Of a stretch of 64,000 nucleotides of DNA, positions 28,901 through 43,700 are shown one piece after another. Within the stretch, counting starts at the first letter, position 1, and the number at the start of each line of letters is the position of its first letter. The translations under genes and the position numbers were made by a program. The notes beneath the pieces were generated by a model. That model saw only the letters and a list, made by a program, of their open reading frames with translations. It was not told the origin of the DNA and searched no databases. Origin of the DNA: the human T2T-CHM13v2.0 reference genome, Homo sapiens; assembly GCA_009914755.4 (NCBI GenBank), contig CP068257.2, positions 33,152,001 through 33,216,000 on the forward strand, read 5' to 3'.

Positions 28901-29836
28901 TTTCAAAGCCCCAAACACTAAGTTTCTTCTTTTGCCTTCAACAAAGGAATTTTTCTCTGTAACTCTGATTTCCCTGCCCACGAGCAAAGGTGAGTGCCAA
29001 GCCCAAAGGGCTCATAGGTTAAATGACTAATACTTAATGAGCTCATATTAACAACAATTATGCTAACCATGACACCTGAGTTTTTCACGCTGTTCCTCTG
29101 GCCTCTGTATGAACAGCGCTTAGTTGGAATGTCTAATTTGGGGTATACAGTCGGTTCTCTATATCCGTGGGTTCTGCACCTGTTTAACCAACTGTAGATC
29201 AAAAATATTATTAAAAAAAAGGATGGTTGTGTCTGTATTAGACATATACAGACTTTTCTTCTTGTCATTCCCTAAACAATGCAGTATAACAAGTATTTAC
29301 ATAGCATTTACATTTTATTAGGTATTACGAGTAATCTAGGGATGATTTAAATACATGGGAGGATATATATGTTATATATAAATATACCATTTTATATGAG
29401 GGACTTGAGCATCCATGGGTTTTGGTATCCATGGGGGGTCCTGGAACCAGTCCTCCATGGATACCAAGGGGCGGCTGTATTTATTTCCCATTCCACATGT
29501 ACTCCCGTGTGCTGTCCATGTGATCTGTGAAAATTTACCACCACCGCATGGACCAGTCCCATTAGTCCAGAATTCATTTGGAATAATGAGTCCTAAAAGT
29601 TGAAAACTTTGGCTTTTTATATTGTTCTTAACCCTTCAGTCACCATCCTTTCTTGCCAAATGTGAACAACTTTAGATGTCTAAGGAACCTACTTCTCCAA
29701 GCCACTTCTGCCTTCACATCCACAATCTCTGCCTCTTATGTATCCAAGAAAATCAGTGCATGGGCATGGGACTCAGAGTAGAGATAGGTCACCTTTAAAC
29801 CATGTTTTACTCAATAATGTTCTGCCAACTCCTTCA

Positions 29837-30076
<240 letters not shown>

Positions 30077-33000
30077 TCAGAAAGGTCAATTATATGTAAA
30101 GTGGGGTGGGATTTAAAAAATGTCTTTTAATAAGAAATGAGTGGCCCTTGTTCAAATATGTCACATACATGTATGTGGCCTATGTACCAGGGTTTAATAA
30201 GCCTACTCAAGTCCAAGTATCTGCCTCTGTTGGATTATTTTCCCCCAAAAGAGACTGATTCTTGGAGATTTTCACCTGATAACTATTCCTTCCAAAGGTT
30301 TTATTTAATCATGCTAACAATGATGAGAGGAATGGATTACACTTTCAAGGTAGAAGTATTAATGTCCAGACTGTTGAACTGCAGCACTTGAGAACTTCAA
30401 GTATCATATGACTGCTGACATGATTTCAGCTTTGCCAATAATTACAATTATCATCATCAGAAACATTTTATAAACTCAGGGGATCACCTGTCTGTGTTCG
30501 GTAAGAACGTAGAGTTTTGGGCTTTTTTTTTATACCTTTACCTTTGGCAAAAAGTATTCCATGGGCTGGTAAATGTTTTATAGTAAGGCGAATTCTCTCC
30601 CAAGGATGACAGGAAAGAAGGTCTGGCTGGGAAACCGGCAATGAGGTCTAATGACTAGTTCACAAACCCAGCAGTAGAACTGGCCCTATCAACCCAAGCC
30701 TTCTGTTCCTTTTCAGGACTTCGAGTTTGCAACTTTTAAAAGTCAGAGTTTTTAGCAGGTATTTTATAGATTGCCATTATAAGAGGCCTGGGATAGAGAA
30801 GAGACAAAAGTCTGACTTCAAAAGATTTAGACAAAGTGGATTTTGTCAATTTGACTCCAGCGTTCAAAGGAGTCTTAATTTTCAAAAGCATCATACTGTT
30901 TGCAGATGAAAAGGGGAGGAAAACCAACGCTATTCTTAGGCAAATGTGTAAGGAAACTTAAATTGGACACTGTCCCACTAGAAGACAGTTTTACATTTCT
31001 TTGGAGTTAAACATTAATTTTCTCTTTATGTCCCAACTTTGTGGACAAAGATAACAGTGAACTACCGTAACTCCCAAGGGTCTTCATAGCCAGAGCTTCA
31101 TGATCCTGCAGGTAGCAGTGTAGGAAGAGCAGACTTCTTTAGGAAAATACTGGGTATAAGTTTTGTATAGGTCAGGACATAAAGAAATGAGCTATTTCTG
31201 CTCATTATAAAATATTCAGATCTGCTTCCTCCAGGGGCTTTTCATTTCCAGCAGTTCAAGTTTGCCTTTCTGTTTATCTCTTTGAAGCTGCCACAGTGGA
31301 TAACAGAATCAGACATTTGGAGACCCAAGTCTTCCTCCCCAGTATTCTCCTGACAGCCTCCCTCCCTCCCTCATACTGATTCATTTCTTTCTTTTTTGTG
31401 TGTGAGTGAAAATAACTGATTTTTTAAGTTTAAAAAACCTGGTAGTTCCCAGGCAAATAGTTTAACTTGGAATCTTTGAAATCTAATATTAAAGAAAGGT
31501 CTTCATTTTATTCCAAATTTTAGAGGATTTAAAGAGCTGGCAAGGAACAAAAGGAGCTGGTCCATTTTAAACTCAGCAGAAAATAAATGTTCAACCTTGG
31601 CTGAAGCTCCTGTGTAATCTTACAGCTAACAGTGTTTCCAATGACTAAAGGCAAACAGAAATAGCAGACGGTTCAATATCCCCATGCTACTGCAAGTATT
31701 TTGCTCCAAGTGAAAAAAAAATCATATACTTAGATATTTTGTATAAGACATGCGTATATACTAGATACACACATTTACTAAGTGAATATATAGTACTCCA
31801 ATACTTTAATCATTTTAAAAGCAAACAAAAGAGGTTTCAGAACTGTCATAAAGCCCCCCGGGGTGTGAACTGCAGTACAGTAATTCACGCCTTGTTGTGT
31901 AGACAGCCTCACACCTCTAACCCCATGTCTAAAGCCACACTAAGCATAAAGTACTATGCCATGATTCATGCTCCGTCATGTTTTACTGTAGTGAAAAAGT
32001 CGTGCTAGGCTTTTCTAAACTCATAATTAAACCATGCAAACGTTGCATAATATTTCACAGCCTTTAAAAAATATGCTTTGGTAAAATGATCTTTATGATT
32101 AAAGTCCAAGTTCTATGAGTTTTTTTGTTTTTTAAAGACAGGCTTGCAGATTCCACATTTTCTGACTTCACACCATAACTTAGCTTTTCAGGTGCTGGAG
32201 GGGAAGATGGCAGTCAACACCCTGAAGCCCACCCAACCCCCACATCAGTTTTCTTTCATGAGACCACAGTGACCTGTGCTTGGGTTCATTGCCAGTGGTG
32301 GGCCAGAAGGTGGGGATGGTGAGCCTCTAATGTTGGGGTTTTAGTTGTTTCCTCTTCTACCTGTGTTACTAATAGAAAACAAAAACAAAAAAGGCCTGAT
32401 AATATGGTGCATTCTGGGTTTAATATTCATTACTGTCTTTGGTCTGACAGGGCCAACATGAACTCATGGGCCACCCGAGCACTGGACTAATAGGCAGGAG
32501 AGGTGAACTCTTGGTCTTTCTGTCTGGTGAGCAACTGGGTGACATTGGATTACTCACTGACACTTTCTTATTCTCACCTCCGAAGGGAGGTGATCCCTAA
32601 ATCCTTTCCAATGGTGACAGAGCAGGATTCTAATTCCAATAGGTCCTACACAGTATTTCTTTGCTTTACTTGTACATTAAGCAGAGTCAGGGAAGAATCA
32701 GATGTGGGGTGAAGAGTGGTGCCTGTAATAATAAATTTGTGTATTCTAGGAAGAGGAAGTAGAGGAGAGTACGATGGGAGTTATCCAGAAAAGGCCCCAG
32801 GCTGAGGAAGAGAACCACTGTAAATCATTCTCCAGAGCACAGGGCTACTTGTTCTTGAAAGAGTTGCCTCTGATAAGTCAATCCATCTAAAAGAACAAAA
32901 GCTTATTGAACATTTACAGTGTGCCAGGAATGTGCTAATTTACCTGGCAGGAGAGTGATGAATAAGACCAACATGGTCCCTGCCCCACAGGCACTTACAG

Positions 33001-33870
33001 TCAGTGAAGATCCCAGGATCTTGTGATGCTTGGAAAGGCATCTTCCTGTGGCATTAATCATCATACTGGGTGTTGCTTCATTCATTTATTCATTCATATG
33101 TTCATGAAATTACTTTTTCATTCACTCATATTTCCAACAAACATTTTTGCTTCACTTGGGCCACTGTTTTGGGGACTCACTAGTGAATGGAAGGTTCCTG
33201 CCTTCTGGAAGTTACAGCTACTAGGGTGCCCAAGGGCTGTATCTGGGCTAACTGCTAGATTAGCTGCCTAATTTGGACTTGCAAACAGCTGTTCCCAAGG
33301 TAGAAACAAGAACCCTAGTGGTATCTATTACATGCTTATGTTCTGCCTCTGAGAGGAGGAGACTAGGGAAAGCACCGAACTCAAATCACAGACAAATTTC
33401 AGTTTGCATCCTGCCTTCACCATAAACCAACTGGATGACCTTAGGCAGGTCACTTATTTTCTCTGATTCATAGTTAGAATTCTGACTTCAAAGGGTAATA
33501 GGAGTAAGTGAGATAAACTATATGGAAAGCAAGTATCACAATTTCTGGCCATAGTAAATGCTCAATAAGTCTGAATAACCTTTATGATTGTATTACTAAA
33601 AAGGAAAAGAAATCCATGCCAAGGGACTTATCTGATGTTCATTGGTGAGACCACACACATTTGCTCCAGGATAAGGCTCAAGTAATAGTGTTTTGTTCAC
33701 AGCTACAGTCTTGACAGACACACTCTTCAGGCTGGAGAGGAGCTGGGCTCAGGAGATTAAATGGTAAAGGGGCAAATTTCCAAAGATTGGAAATTTGGGA
33801 TTAGGATGGAGAAGGCAGGAACTCAGTATCTCAACCAACTCATGTTTCTATTAAAAAATACTGGATTCAG

Positions 33871-34190
<320 letters not shown>

Positions 34191-34899
34191 CAAAAATTTA
34201 AATTTGAGCCTTTATGCATACTGGTTTTCCAGGCTAAATGATGTCTGATGCAGCCACTTTACTGAGGCCATTTTGTGATGGGTTATTTTCAGCTTTTTAA
34301 TCATCAATAATGGGTAAAACAGGCCTTCTACTCCTTGATCCCCATTCCCTTCCATTTGAAATGGGAAGTTAGGGATAAGGTAGAGTTGAGGTTAGTGGTG
34401 AGCTCAGAGGTGTACACGGCATATATCACACAAGAAGAAAGGAGAATGCTTTTATCTTTTGATGCAGCAATATTAAAATGTCTCTAGAGTCAACAATGAC
34501 CCTTTTAAATAATTCATGTCAGAATGTCCTGTTGCTTCTAGTTTCAGTTCCAAAATTTAAAGAGCTTGAGAGTCATCACTCTTGTTTTTATAAGAAAAAA
34601 TGCTGAACAAACTGAAAATCCATGACTTTTCTTAAGTCCAATGGAAAGCTGAAGTTGCAGGGCAAACTGCAACCCCAAATTTTGAGAAGCAGGCAAATAT
34701 AGAGAATCATAGTGAGGTCTGCTTGCTGGGAGCAGAATTTCTGAATTCATAAACTGATGAGAACACTTAATGGTGATTTTGACAGATTGCTAGAGGCTCA
34801 GTACAGACTAGTGTGCGAATAAGACACTCCTAGGGGCTACAGTTTCAGGAGGAAGTGCACTGTTGTGGGTTTTTCATTCAGGAACTCCACCAGATTCTC

Positions 34900-37790
34900 A
34901 CAGGATCCAATATATTATTATAACAGTGGGTTATGGCTGAAAGAGCTTCAACATACTGACTAAGGAGGAGTTCATAGAGAAGCTCACAGATGACATGGGA
35001 GACAAAAACAAGGACGCTAGAGGAATTTGAAGTCTCTGGTACCTTCTGAAAACATTAAATACAGCCCAACTCTTGGGTACATGAGAATAATAACTCACGC
35101 TAAAGGCCTACTAAGTTCCTATTGCCTGATAAATCATGTTAAACTTTCAATAAAAAATTACAAGAAAGGCAAGAAAAAAACACAGTCTGAAGAGATAAAG
35201 CAAGCATCAGAACCAGACCCAGATGTGACACAGATTTTGGAATTACAAGACAGGGAATTTAACAATGATTAACATGTTAATGGCTCTAGTGGAAAAAGAA
35301 GACAAGGTGCAAGAAGAGATGGATGATGTAGGCAGGGAGATGGAAACTTTTTTTTTTTTTTTTTTTGAGACAGTGTCTCGCTCTGTCGCCCACACTGGAG
35401 TGCAGTGGCGCAATCTTGGCTTACTGCAACCTCCGCCTCCTGGGTTCAAGTGATTCTCCTCCTCAGCCTCCCGAGTAGCTGGGATTACAGGCACCTGCCA
35501 CCACGCCCAGCTATTTTTTCTTTTTTTTTGTAATTTTTGGTAGAGACAGGGTTTCACCATGTTGGCTAGGTTGGTCTCGAACTCCTGACCCCAGGTGATC
35601 CACCCACTTCGGCCTTCCAAAGTGCTGGGATTACAGGCATGAGCCACCGTGCCCAGCCTGAAACTCTTAACACTCAAAAGCAAATTCTAAAAACCAAAAG
35701 CACCCTAACAGAAATGAGGAATGGCTTACTTAGTAGACAGAACATGACAAAGCAAAGAACCAATGAACTTGAAGATACAGAAACTTACCAAACAAAAAGA
35801 TAAAGAGGAAAAAGAAAGAACATCCAAGAACTGTGAGAAAGTTTCAAAAGATGTAATGTGTAATTGGAATACCAGATGGAGAAGAAAAAGAAAACAGTGG
35901 AAGAAATACTTGAAGTATTAATGGCTATGAATTTTCCAAAATTAATGACAGATACCAAACCACAGATCCAGAAAGCTCAGAGAACACCAAGCATAATAAA
36001 TACCAAATCTACACCCAGGCATATCATATTTAAACTGCAAAAAACCAAAGAGAAGAGAAAATCTTGAAAGAAGCTAGAGAGGGGGAAAAGCCAACACCTT
36101 ATCCATAGAGGAAAAAGGATAAGAATTACATTATCTTTCTCTTCAGAAACCATGCAAACACAAAGAAAGGAGAATACATGAAGTGTTGCAACAAAAAAGC
36201 TACCAAACTATTATTCTGCATTCAGCAAAATTATCCTTCAAATTCAAAGAAATAAGGATATTTTCTGACAAACAAAACTGGAATAATTCATTGCCAGCTG
36301 ACCTGCCCTATGAGAAATGTCAAAAAGAACTGCATAAAAAAGGAAGAGCATTAGAAAAGTACTATATTAAGGTAAAATTAAGTTTTATTTTTCTTAACTG
36401 ATCTGAAAGATAACTGTTTACAATAATAGTAACAAAGTATTGAGTGATTATAGCATGTGGATAAATGAAATAAAAGGCAGTAATGATATAAACAGGAAGG
36501 AAGAAGTGGTAGTTATTTGATGCTAGATGTAGATTAGTTATACATGTACTTTTCAAACTTTAGGGCAGTAACTAAAAACATTTTTAAAAAGAATGATTAA
36601 TATGCTAACAGAGGAGATAAAATGGAATCATATAAAATGTTCAGTTAAACCTATAAAAGGTAGAAAAAGAGGTGTGGGGGGAAGAATCAGGTGCAACAAA
36701 TATAAAAGTTATAAATATGATTGATACTACTGCAGTTATATTAATACTTAGGTTAAATATGAATACTCTAAATGCACCAATTTAAAGACAGAGATTGGCA
36801 GTGTGGATTAAAGACAAGACCCAACTACATATTGTCTACAAGGGACCTATTTTAAATAAAAATATTTATACAGATTACAAGTAAAGGGATGGAAAAAGGT
36901 ACACCATGCTAACACTGATTGAAAGAAAGCCAGAGCAGCGATGTTAATTTTATACAAAGCTGACTTCAGAGGAAGGACAATTTTCAGGGATAAAGAAGGG
37001 AATTACATGATGATAATGTGGGTGAATTCTCTAAGAAGACAGCATCTTTAATATATGTCCACCTAAAAACTGAGTGTCAAAAAACATGAGGCAAAAACTG
37101 ATAGAACTACACGGAGAAATAGGTAAATACGCTATTACAATTGGAGACTTCAACAACCCTCTTTCAGTAATTGATACATCAAGCAGGCAGAAAATTAAGA
37201 CACAGTTGACCTAAACGGCACTACCAGTCAACTTGATCTAATTAACATTTATGGAATACTCTAACAACAGCAGAATACACATTCTTCAGCTCACATGGAA
37301 GATTCACCAAGATAAGCCATATTCTGGGCCACAAAACACACTTTAAGATCCTTAAAAGTATAGAAAGCATACAAAGTATTTTCTCAGACCACATGGATTT
37401 AAATTAAAAAGCCAATAATAGATAACTGGAAAATCTCCAAATATTTGGAGATTAAACAACATACTTCTACATTAGACATGAGTCAAATAAAAAGTCTCAA
37501 GAGAAATTAAAAAATGTTTTGAACTAAATGAAAATACAACTTATTACAATTTTTGGATGCAGATAGAACAGTACTTAGAGGGAAATTTATAGCATTGAAT
37601 ACATATATTAGAAAAGAAAGATCCAGAATCAGTCACTGAAGCTTCCACCTCAGGAGACTGGAGAAAATAGCAATACAGACCTCAAGCAAGCAGAAGAGAA
37701 GAAATAATAAAAATTAGACTAGGAACCAGTGAAATTAAGTACAGGAAAATAATAGACAAAATCAATAGAACAAAATATCTTGTTCTTTGA
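34900..37790 (+). mobile_element. Old LINE-1 fragment (ORF1 plus 5' part of ORF2, heavily decayed) split by a nested Alu
   Basis: ...gaatttaacaatgattaacatgttaatggctctagtggaaaaagaagacaaggtgcaagaagagatggatgatgtaggcagggagatggaaact... (L1 ORF1 N-terminal region), then ...catatcatatttaaactgcaaaaaaccaaagagaagagaaaatcttgaaagaagctagagaggggg...ccttcaaattcaaagaaataaggatattttctgacaaacaaaa... (ORF1 end/ORF2 start) and diverged ORF2-like sequence. Boundaries are approximate. Confidence 0.7.
35350..35658 (-). mobile_element. Alu SINE nested in the L1
   Basis: Poly-T 35350-35366, then ...gagacagtgtctcgctctgtcgcccac...gagccaccgtgcccagcc. The flanking gaaact(c)tt looks like a target-site duplication. Confidence 0.95.
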
Positions 37791-40700
37791 AAAGTTCAAA
37801 ACATCCCTCTTTGTCCTCGTGCTCCCCACAGGCGCTGGGAGAAGATGGATAGAGACCCCTCCCGGCCCTCCTCTGACTGTCCACTCTAGGGTCTTTTAAA
37901 CACCCACCCTCAGAAGCTGGGTTTCCAACAGCACCCCTTGAGCGGTGGCACCCTTCATCCTGGGCTTGGAGAAGGTTATAGTTAGAAAGCCCCTTCCTTG
38001 ATTGTGTGGCTGACATCTTTAAAACGCCAGGTCTTTCAGTCATCTCTCAGAGCTATTTAAAAATAAAAGTCACATAGACCACAGGGTTCTACCATCTATT
38101 TTTGAAAAAGGCAAATCAGCTTGGTGAACATATAAACCCTAGGGGCAGCCCTGGTTATTTCCCTGGAGGAATTTTTTCCCTCCTTCATCCTGGAGGAAGG
38201 TAGGGACGTTCCCAGGGTTCCCTCCAGATTCACCTCAGTCATGGGGAGCTGGTGTAATGCCCTCTTGGAGACCTCAGAACACACAACAGGATGTGACTCA
38301 GGACTCAGAGATGTGAGTCAGTTTCCAGGGTGATGTGTTAGGGCGAGCCCCAGTGGTGGTTTGCATCTCACTGTCTGGGACCCCTGGGAAGAAAGGCCTA
38401 GGCTCCCCTTGCAGACAAAGGGGGTGACCCCAGATGCTTCCCAGCATCACATCTGTCAGAGGTGTGTGATGTCAGGGGCCTTTCAGAGTCCCTGGGGGTG
38501 GGTGACTCTGCTCTGAAAGGGACATTTCCCTGAAAGTTCCACTGTCTTTGAGAAGCAGTGTTTCCTCTGGCCTCTGCAGCAGGGAGCAAAGCTCCGGCAC
38601 AGCACAAGTAAGAAGAGCAGTCACCTATTCCTACTACAGGTACCCCCAGGTAGCAGACACCGGCTCAGCACACTGTTGCTATATCATTGAAATCCCATGA
38701 TAACATGAGTCAGTCAGCACCAGCTCTGGATCCTGGAAAAAAGGGAGGTTGTGAAACAGCTCCAGGATTTGCCAACCGTTCGTCTCTGGCCGGCTGCAGA
38801 CATCTTGGTTAGTCATGTGTAGCTCAGATGCATTCGTTGTTCCAGCAATTACTTTGAAGAGAAGCAGACAGACCAAGCCGGGGCAGAACCCTGCCTGGGT
38901 ATGCTGTTTTAAAGGCCTCAGGTTTTGAGGGATCCCATCCTCACTGCCGACCTGCCAGCCTGGGAGGTGGCAGGCTGCCTGCGGGAAGGAAGAAGGGAGC
39001 CCTGTGTCCGCCTCTCCACCACTCCCTGCTTCCGGGACCCGTATTCATCACCTCGCCGGGGAAGCTTTGTGGCTTTGTGGTCAGGGCCCTGTGAATCAAG
39101 AATGCTGGTTCCTCACATCAGGCCGCCCCCAACCCTGCTGGTTCACCCTGGAGTCCTTTTCTTTTCAAACCTCTGTTTCCTCACCTCTAAAAATGGGGGT
39201 AACCAGGCTCACTTGCCTCACAGGTGTGAGAGTTAATTAATGTTTGTGGGGCAGCTTTGAGATCCACAGATGAAAGGTGCTCTATAAACGCAAAGTGCAA
39301 TTCCTCATTAGCACTGTCAGACAGTTCCCAGGGGAAACAGTTCACCCTGCACCACGAGGCTGCTACCCTCAGCCAGATGAGTCTGAGACACGTCTGGGAA
39401 AGGGCTACGTATTTAGGCAGAGTGCTTTTGGAGGGAGGGTTCAAGGATAGGTCACTAGCTTCCAGAAAAGATGGGTGTTTTTAGAACATGTCTCATTCTC
39501 AGTTGGCATCGTGTCCCTGAGGCAGAGGGAGAGTGGCCTTCAGTGCACACAGCTGGAGGGACCATAGTTCAGAGGGAACAGAAGGCACCTTCTGGTTTCT
39601 GCTGCCTCCTCCCTTGCAGACAGATTCTTTCTCTGTACTTTGTTAAATAAACATTTGTTGCAGACATCTTTTCCATAAGGATCTTCTGCACTGTGCACTT
39701 TCTGCACCTCTGCCCCCCGTATACAACTTTCCAGGCCTGAAGGAGCTCTACAGACAGGTTGGGTACATTCCTGCAACACCAGCACATCATGGATGTTTAG
39801 ATTCTTCTATGGCCACCCTATTTATTTCCTTCCACTCCTCCATGTCCTTCTTCTCCAGGAGGGTAAAGACAACTTTCTGCTCCCTTCTACTCCTCTGGCA
39901 CCTTTGCCCCGCTTAGTTCCTTGAAAAACATGAGCCAGAAATATTGTGTTGAGGGCTGGGATATCTCAAGCAGCCTCCATCCTGAGACTGGACCCTTGGT
40001 GGAGAATGAGGATACTCACTCCAGTAAAACAAATCACTGACACCTCAAGTGGGAGCTGGGAAGCTTCAAGCAGAAGAGGCACAGCATCTCCCAGGACTGC
40101 ACACAGCTAAAGAAACAGAATTTTCTGAAGAACACTCCATTGAGGTGGCACCTGATATCAAGAGGATTGTGCACGCTTGATAGTCTATGCTTGGAAGGCC
40201 TGGGTTGGGAGACTGTCATCTCCAACCTGCAGTCCAGGCTGGGCATGGAAGGCCGTGCTTTACAGCCAATCTCCACTGTGCTGATGAGGGGCCGGTGGGA
40301 TTTCCTAGAGAGGCACCTGTGATATCTCTGGCTAAACAGATACAGTTAAGAGCTGTCCCTGGGGCAGATCATGTTAAGTAACATGGCTGAGATTTGCCAG
40401 GGTCCATGTAATGCCTTAGGGTGTCAGCACGCAAGAAAAAAAAAGAAGTGACTTTACGTCTGGGACTACAGAGGCTACAAAATGATGAACCCCCTAACCT
40501 ATGAGTTGTCGATATTGGAGAATACGATGCTTTTGAGCCCAGCTCAGATGGAGATCTGTTCCACACAGGTGTGTGTCATGCCAGTTTGCAGCCTGGGCTT
40601 CCTCTGGTGACTACCCCATCCATCTCTGCCACTGCCCCAGCTCTCTGTGCCCAAGTGCTGTCCCTGAGCCAGACCTCTGGTGGGAGAGGCCGAGGGGGCA

Positions 40701-43700
40701 TGGAGCAGTGATCTCAAAAGCCTTCCTCTCTACACAAACCCAACCACGGGTTTCTCAGTGGGCATTCTCCTAGCTGCAGCCTTAGTTTTTACTTTGGCAC
40801 TTTTTTGATGTTGTAAAATGTTAGAACTGTTTGAAAAATTCTAGAGTGGCTTGAAGCCCAGCAAGCAGTCTCTGTTGTCTTCTGCTTCCATATGACATGG
40901 GCCCTAAGGCAGGCTTATTGGATTTTATGCCAGGGATTCTGGTTTTAAGCAGCAAACTCTGAGGCATGGCATTCTAATAAAATCAGAAGAAAAACTCATA
41001 TGAATGGGGGAAAAGGAGAATTCAAAACAATAAACATGAAATATGGCTTAACATAAAGATGCTTTTGTTTGTTCTGGCCCCAAACATTTTCAGGATTTGG
41101 GAACCTCATCCCAGAGCTGTCTCTCTAAAAGCCAAAAGGGCTTCAGTAAGGATACAATAAGGGCATAGTTCTGCAGTCTGAGAGGTAAGGACAGAGACCC
41201 TAGCTTGGCCCCTCACTCACAGTGTGCTGAAGCAAGTAACTTAATGCCTTGGAGACTCAGTTTCCCCCCATAAGGAGATGTTATTGCATCTGTCCCTTAG
41301 ATTCCTGGGAGGGTGAAATGTGCCCCTCTGCCCGATATTGTCAATGCAGTAGCTGGCACCTTGAAGGCAGGAAACAGTCTTCTCTCCCCTGCCCTTCCAG
41401 GAAAGGATAACAGTGTCTGGAGAGTACTGTTGGCTTAGCTGGTTGTTGCTCCAGGTAACAGAAGAGGGAGAGGCTTGGTCTCACAAAGCCACCAGAAATG
41501 AGACCTTCCTTAGGCAGCCAGAGTTCCAAGGTGCACTATTCCAGCGGGGTAGCATGCACCGCTAGGATGCAACATAAGCCCTTCCTCCTGCAGAGCAGCA
41601 GCCTCCTCCTTCACAAGGAGCACCATAGCCACCCTGCAGAACACAGCTGCGTCAGGGCCTCACAGCAGTGTTGCACCGTGCCAGCCACAACACAGATTCT
41701 GAAAGCTGCATTTTACAAATCGAGGATTCACTGCTCTTTGTCTTGTGAAGTGTGACCCACAATGAATGGCAACCGTTCTTTCTTTAAGAGCTTCCATTCC
41801 ATGCTCCCAATTTGAAGGATATCCTGACAAAGGGAAGTAGAATTCCCCAAGTGGAAGTGCCTCGTCCCCTTCAATAAACGCGAGTGAAATCAAAGGGCTG
41901 CTTCTGTGCTCTCTTCCTCTGTTTTTCTCATGCAGTCCTCCCATCTGACTACCTTGTCACAGCTCTTCTTTTCCTACCTGCATCCTCTTCACCTTGTTTT
42001 CCTTTCCCACACATCAGGCCAAGGCTTCTAGAATTCCTTGCAGCAAGAGCTGGAGGACAGAACCTCAGGGAACTGCCCTGTGGGAATGCTTCATGTCGTC
42101 TTCTACACGCCCTCTGACCTGGCCGCTGCACACAGGTCTTTCACTCTATGTGATTCCCTGGCTGCCCCTTCACCTCCAAGAGCTCTGAACGGCTTTACAA
42201 CTAGGAAGTCTCTGAATGTGCAGAACAATGAGTTTCTCTTTCAGCAGGGCCTTGCCACCCCAGTTGTTTTTATTCCCCCCTCTGATATGCTAGAGATAAT
42301 GATAGATCCAGGAAGTATATTTTCTTCACACTAGGAGGGGCCTTGCCCCACAACTGGAGACATGCCATTCCTGTCTTTACTGTCTGTTCTGATGGGAGCT
42401 CCTGAGAGATGGCAGGACAGGCAGCCTTCATTCCTAAACACAGTGTCCTGCAGACCCACCCGCTCCAGCTTATTTTTCACAGACATATTTCTGGAGGAGT
42501 AGTGTTTATTATACCTCTGAAACTCAAGGCTTCTCCATGCACAGAAATAGCCTCCAAGAAACAGCCCTCTATACCCCCGAGAAATGCCCCCAAGAAACCT
42601 CCATGCCCCTGAGAAATAGCTCTCTTGCACCTCTCTATTTTTTGAAATTTCTTAAATATTTGCCACCAAGCAACAGAGTGAATAAGAGGCTAAAATGTTC
42701 CCTCATTTGGTGACAAGTTCCTATGCAAGTTTTGAATTATTTGGAATAATTGGATTTCTTTGGCTTGTGAGCCAAGGGGAATCACTATCACTTTCTTCTA
42801 TGGTATCAGAAAACTCCCTCTTTCTTCTAAGTTCCCCTGCTGCAGTCTTCTCCCCCACCTTCATGTGAGAGCTACACAAGGGGAATTTGTTCACTTAAGT
42901 TTGCAGCCATTTTGCACACCCCAAAGAGTTGACCTTGATGTGAACTAATTGGGATTGCAGTGGGTTAATAACACAGGTTGGTGAGGTGGAATTTGCAGCA
43001 TAAAGGAAACACTTGAAGATAAGAGCCATTTGTGCTTTCATAAGCTCATCCCTGGTGCTCTGAACAAAGGACACAAACTAATAAAGTCAGATTCATCTAG
43101 GGGCAATCTACACTCGCTCACCCCAAACTCTGATTCAGAAAGGCAAATGGAAATCTGCCAGAATTCTTTTAAACTCCAACACAGATCTCGATTTAAAAAA
43201 TGACACACACAAAACCGCTTGGTAATAAGCAGACCTCTGATGATCTAAAGATCCACAGCTTCGTTTATTGACTTAGAGAAAGTAAATGGCATTTCAAATA
43301 CAACCTTCATACTTCAATAGATGAGGTCACCCTGAGAAAGATGATACTCAGCCCAGCAGTGGGAAACCTCCCTCCAGAGAACTGCTTTGATTTACAAGGC
43401 CAAGGAAGGCTTTCTCATAGAAGCCATATACTTGGGCTAAAATGGAGTAATTTTTTTTAAAAAAATTAAATGTAGAGGTTGAGATAGCAGACAACTATGA
43501 AACTCTTGCTCAACAAGAGGGATGACCTATGGAAGACAGGAATGCTAGGACCTACAGAACTGAAGGGTCAAAATTGACTTACTACCAAGTTTAGATAGCT
43601 AAGTAACTCACATTTTTTTCAGGCATTGAGATCCTGTGTATATTGACTAGAAGATCCTTGTGAATTTCCCAATTACTCTTAAATAGCGATCATCAAACGG

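Noticed and set aside
29110-29480. Sequence resembling a common human interspersed-repeat consensus (...tatccgtgggttctgcacctgtttaaccaactgtagatcaaaaatatt...gggacttgagcatccatgggttttggtatccatggggggtcctggaaccagtcctccatggataccaagggg)
   Set aside because: I recognise the motif as a frequent genomic repeat but cannot confidently assign the family from memory, so it is left unannotated rather than mislabelled.
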